Below, piece by piece: positions 60,389 through 64,000 of a stretch of DNA of 64,000 nt; the first letter of the stretch is position 1; every line of letters begins with the position of its first letter. A program made the position numbers and the translations under genes. Below the pieces are notes generated by a model. The model did no database searches. It had not been told where the DNA came from and worked only from the letters and a program-made list of their open reading frames with translations. The DNA is from Thermodesulfobacteriota bacterium (lineage in GTDB: Bacteria > Desulfobacterota_D > UBA1144 > Nemesobacterales > UBA2774), in NCBI GenBank assembly GCA_021604765.1, contig BQJP01000002.1:40191-104190 (forward strand), written 5' to 3'.

Positions 60389-60795
60389 AACTAGATCTTA
60401 ATGTAAACGAAACCGGAGTAAATATTCATGATCTTTCAAAAACAAAACTGGGGTGGAAAATAAAAGGAGTAATGTTTCAAGACGGCAGCAAGCTTGAGGA
60501 TTGGCATAAAATTGAAGGTAGCTCATGGCATTGGCAGTATGACGACCATGACTTAACATTTGACATTTATGAGCACAAGGGAGAATTCTGGAAACTATAC
60601 AGATCCCGGCGGGTACCCATGGGCACAACTAATTATGATTACAGCTATGGGGGTCTGGCCTGCAGAATGGCGCAGGTTCGTTACAAAGCACTGTCGCGCT
60701 CACCTCATTCAGGAGTTCTCAAAGATGAGAGTGAGCTTGAATGGGTAAGGGTTGAAGAAGTAGATGAGGAAATTCACAAGGTTTTAAAGCTGTAA
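60385..60795 (+). CDS. Hypothetical protein
   Basis: ATGA overlap with the nitroreductase stop; AAGGAG RBS. Confidence 0.65.
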   Translation: MKLDLNVNETGVNIHDLSKTKLGWKIKGVMFQDGSKLEDWHKIEGSSWHWQYDDHDLTFDIYEHKGEFWKLYRSRRVPMGTTNYDYSYGGLACRMAQVRYKALSRSPHSGVLKDESELEWVRVEEVDEEIHKVLKL

Positions 60796-60805
60796 TAATT
60801 TATCT

Positions 60806-61228
60806 TCACTCATCCGTGGGAACAGCTAGTTCCCAGATGTTTTGAATCTTGGAATTTACAATCTGGAAGATAGAGATGAATTTTTCTGCTTTCATAGTGC
60901 CATCTAGCAAGTACATCTTTTCTGTAAATTTTACTGTGACATATTCTCCATTTACCAGCAGCATTTCAAATGGTAGAAATCTGACTTTATCATATTTTGA
61001 ATTTAATTCTGTTAGATACTCAAGGGTTAAATCATAATCCCAGACCTCGTTATTTTTATAAATTTTGAGATCAGGACTCATAAGAATTGAGAACAAGGAT
61101 AGGTCCTTGTATTCTATTAATTTATAAAATGCAGCCACGGTAATATTTATATTTTTTCTTGAAAGCTCGGGATTTGAATGATCAAGAATCTCAACTTCTG
61201 AAATGTTGCTTGCAACCATATCTGCCAT
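60806..61228 (-). CDS. SnoaL/NTF2-like protein
   Basis: Helix-then-beta NTF2 pattern ending SIFQIVNSKIQNIWE. Confidence 0.55.
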   Translation of the reverse strand: MADMVASNISEVEILDHSNPELSRKNINITVAAFYKLIEYKDLSLFSILMSPDLKIYKNNEVWDYDLTLEYLTELNSKYDKVRFLPFEMLLVNGEYVTVKFTEKMYLLDGTMKAEKFISIFQIVNSKIQNIWELAVPTDE

Positions 61229-61354
61229 AGTTACATTTCCCCCAAATTTTGTGTTTAGGTTAGCAGATATCTAAAAAACTCTAAGCTCAAATAAAATTGT
61301 TTCGAAAAAAAAGCAAGATCGTTATAATTAATATGAAGCATAAGGAGAGTTAAA

Positions 61355-61636
61355 ATGAAAGCGATATGGAATGGTCAGATAATAGCAGAGAGTGAGAATA
61401 CAGTTGTTGTTGAGGGTAACCATTATTTCCCGCCTGGAACTATTAAAAAGGAATTTTTTAAAGTAAGCTCAAAACAAACTGGCTGCCCGTGGAAGGGAAC
61501 TGCTAGTTACTACCATATTGAAGTTGACGGTAACGTAAATAAAGATGCAGCCTGGCACTACCCTGAACCTAAAGAAGCCGCTAAAGAAATAAAAGACCAC
61601 GTGGCATTTTGGAAAGGTGTAGAGGTAACTTCATAG
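61355..61636 (+). CDS. DUF427 protein
   Basis: VEGNHYFP, CPWKGTASY, AAWHYPEP and VAFW. Confidence 0.92.
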   Translation: MKAIWNGQIIAESENTVVVEGNHYFPPGTIKKEFFKVSSKQTGCPWKGTASYYHIEVDGNVNKDAAWHYPEPKEAAKEIKDHVAFWKGVEVTS

Positions 61637-61784
61637 CTAGTTATCAATCTTTATCTAAAAGCTCACTTACCATAACTATTACTTGACAACTCTAAGAGTA
61701 ATAAACTAAGGTTTTAATGAACAATCGTTCAGGATAGTATAAAATTACTACATATTCATATATAGAAACTTGAGGGAGCAATCA

Positions 61785-62414
61785 ATGAGTATATCTAAAA
61801 AAGAGATCGAATCGTCAGTCAAAGACAAGGAACTAATAGAGATTAGAAGAAAAGAGATAGTAAATGCGGCAGTAGACCTTTTTGTCCGTAAGGGTTTTCA
61901 CCGGACTACGATTAGGGAGATTGCTCAAAAATTCGGGATGAGCGTAGGGACACTGTATGAGTATATCAGGACGAAAGAAGATATATTAATACTAGTGTGC
62001 GATTATATTAATTCCACAGTAAGAATGAGAGTCAAACCATCTGTAGAGATTACTCAGGACAGCGCTCAAAGCCTTAATAACGCTATAGATATTTATTATA
62101 AAATAATTGATGAACTCCAGGACTACATAATATTTTTGTATCAGGAAACAAAATCTCTATCTCATGAAAATAGAAAATACATATTTAAATCGGAAGAGGA
62201 TATGACCAAGATATTTGAAGATATTTTAAAGCACGGAGTAGAGCAAGGTAGTTTCAAAATAGATGAGAAGAATATACCTTTAACCGCACATAACATTATG
62301 GTGCTGGGGCAGATGTGGGCATTTAGGCGTTGGGCGCTTCAAAAAAACTATACACTTGAGCGTTATATAGAAACACAGAGCAAATCGATAATAGAACAAA
62401 TATCAACTCACTAA
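61785..62414 (+). CDS. TetR family regulator upstream of icmF
   Basis: KGFHRTTIREIA...GTLYEYIRTKED HTH; WAFRRW C-terminus. Confidence 0.92.
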   Translation: MSISKKEIESSVKDKELIEIRRKEIVNAAVDLFVRKGFHRTTIREIAQKFGMSVGTLYEYIRTKEDILILVCDYINSTVRMRVKPSVEITQDSAQSLNNAIDIYYKIIDELQDYIIFLYQETKSLSHENRKYIFKSEEDMTKIFEDILKHGVEQGSFKIDEKNIPLTAHNIMVLGQMWAFRRWALQKNYTLERYIETQSKSIIEQISTH

Positions 62415-62584
62415 ATCCTGCAGATACTCAATCATTCACCGAACAGTCGTTCAACACTTCTTTATAGTCTACCATTATTTTATTAGCTTAATTTTTATTC
62501 CCATTTATTGTTAAATTACAATTAATTAGGACTATATCTAGAACAAATCACTTGACAGAGCTAATATAATTGATTTATAGTTAT

Positions 62585-62602
62585 ACTGAACGTACGTTCA
62601 GT
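62585..62602. promoter_or_regulatory. Perfect palindromic operator at the icmF promoter
   Basis: ACTGAACGTACGTTCAGT; related sites TGAACAATCGTTCA (61718) and CGAACAGTCGTTCA (62440). Confidence 0.75.
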
Positions 62603-62655
62603 TAAATGTTGGGGCTTATAAAGATTTATTAAAGTCTTATAAAAAAGGTCGGATC

Positions 62656-64000
62656 ATGGCGCAACAACAAATAAGTCAAATATCCACTATCTACAAACCT
62701 AAAAATAAAATACGTATTGTTTCAGCTACTTCTCTTTTTGACGGTCATGATGCTGCAATTAATATAATGAGAAGAATCCTGCAATCATCAGGAGCAGAGG
62801 TAATCCACCTTGGTCATAACCGATCAGCAGAAGAAATTGTAAACACAGCAATCCAAGAGGACGTACAGGCAATCGCAGTAACATCCTATCAGGGCGGCCA
62901 TATCGAATTCTTTAAATATATGTATGACCTGCTTCGGGAAAGAAGCTCGGGACAAATAAAAATTTTTGGAGGAGGAGGAGGTACGATACTCCCATCTGAA
63001 ATAGAGGAACTCCACAAGTACGGCATAGCTAGAATTTATACTCCTGATGATGGAAGAGAAATAGGGCTTCAGGGAATGGTTAACGATCTACTGAGCGAGA
63101 TAGATTACCCAACCGGTGAGATTGCCCCCAAAAATATTCTAGAAAATATAAGACAAAAATCAATTAGTGCCCTAAGCAGCTTAATATCAGCATTTGAGAA
63201 TGAGAACAAGTCAGCAGTTCCAATCATTCAGGAAATTAATCAGAAGTTAAAAAGTATGCCCCATATTCCTGTCCTGGGGGTTACGGGAACCGGGGGCGCA
63301 GGAAAGTCTTCAATTGTAGATGAACTGGTGCGCCGTTTTTTGACAGACTTTGGAGACAAAAGAATTGCCATACTTTCTGTTGACCCTTCGAAAAGAAAAA
63401 CCGGAGGAGCACTACTTGGTGACAGGATCAGGATGAACTCTGTAAATAGTGATCGTGTATATATGCGCTCTATGGCTACTCGTCAGTCAAACCTCGCTCT
63501 ATCAAAACACGTTCCCGAAATTATTAGTATTTTAAAGTATGCGGGTTTTGATTTAATAGTGCTCGAAACCTCAGGCATTGGTCAGTCGGACACAGAGATT
63601 GTCGGACTCTCAGACACGTCACTATATGTAATGACCTCTGACTACGGCGCTGCAACACAGCTTGAAAAAATAGATATGCTTGATTACGCGGACTTAGTGG
63701 CTATGAACAAATTTGATAAAAACGGCGCTATAGATGCGCTACGTGATGTGCGCAAACAATACAGGCGTAACAACCTGCTATGGGATTCAAAAGATGAGGA
63801 TCTCCCTATATACGGAACCACAGCTTCTATGTTTAATGATTCTGGCGTAGATGATTTATACCGCGCTATAATAAAAACCGTCTCAGAGAAAACAGATACC
63901 CCTTTAATTTCCAAGTATGAGGGGAGTTCTAAATCAAATGTAGAAAAATTCATTATCCCACCCAAAAGAACACGTTATCTTTCTGAGATCACAGAGACAA
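62656..64000 (+). CDS. icmF: Fused isobutyryl-CoA mutase/MeaI GTPase (runs off the window end), absent from the ORF track
   Basis: Translated by hand: [19 protein letters not shown]12-binding motif, [25 protein letters not shown] and ETSGIGQ. Confidence 0.93.
   Translation, partial: MAQQQISQISTIYKPKNKIRIVSATSLFDGHDAAINIMRRILQSSGAEVIHLGHNRSAEEIVNTAIQEDVQAIAVTSYQGGHIEFFKYMYDLLRERSSGQIKIFGGGGGTILPSEIEELHKYGIARIYTPDDGREIGLQGMVNDLLSEIDYPTGEIAPKNILENIRQKSISALSSLISAFENENKSAVPIIQEINQKLKSMPHIPVLGVTGTGGAGKSSIVDELVRRFLTDFGDKRIAILSVDPSKRKTGGALLGDRIRMNSVNSDRVYMRSMATRQSNLALSKHVPEIISILKYAGFDLIVLETSGIGQSDTEIVGLSDTSLYVMTSDYGAATQLEKIDMLDYADLVAMNKFDKNGAIDALRDVRKQYRRNNLLWDSKDEDLPIYGTTASMFNDSGVDDLYRAIIKTVSEKTDTPLISKYEGSSKSNVEKFIIPPKRTRYLSEITET

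Noticed and set aside
62824-63965. Minus-strand ORFs 62824-63015 and 63684-63965
   Set aside because: Shadows of icmF on the plus strand.

Overview
AT-rich bacterial chromosomal window. An IPTL-CTERM protein and many secreted beta-propeller and Cys-rich proteins tentatively suggest a Dadabacteria-like (Desulfobacterota-related) lineage. Housekeeping genes (pyk, leuA, queF, slt, hisH/hisB, ybeY, thiL, comM, icmF start) are interleaved with two accretion hotspots. (1) At a tRNA-Gln(CTG) on the minus strand (36573-36646), an N-terminally truncated large serine recombinase reads into the tRNA 3' end. Three ~95-bp att-like repeats (14447, 19608, 31880) start with the same 10-bp tRNA core. Each encodes, in frame from that core, a conserved peptide (WLGLL[D/Y]TLRTPxYYxYLSIxNxIFQE) that looks like a displaced recombinase C-terminal tail. 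They divide 22 kb into three cargo modules. (2) Downstream of comM, two progressively decayed copies of the comM 3' end (50406, 55581) bracket further cargo. The middle tRNA module (19.6-31.9 kb) is a self-contained general-stress cluster: CsbD, 2x DUF1328, DUF3309, DUF892, DUF883, 2x MscS, dodecin, DUF2254 and an EEP protein. It has its own kinase and sigma-54 activator, five -24/-12 motifs and phased TGT-N10-[AT]CA enhancer-like pairs. All calls come from reading the sequence; no searches were run.
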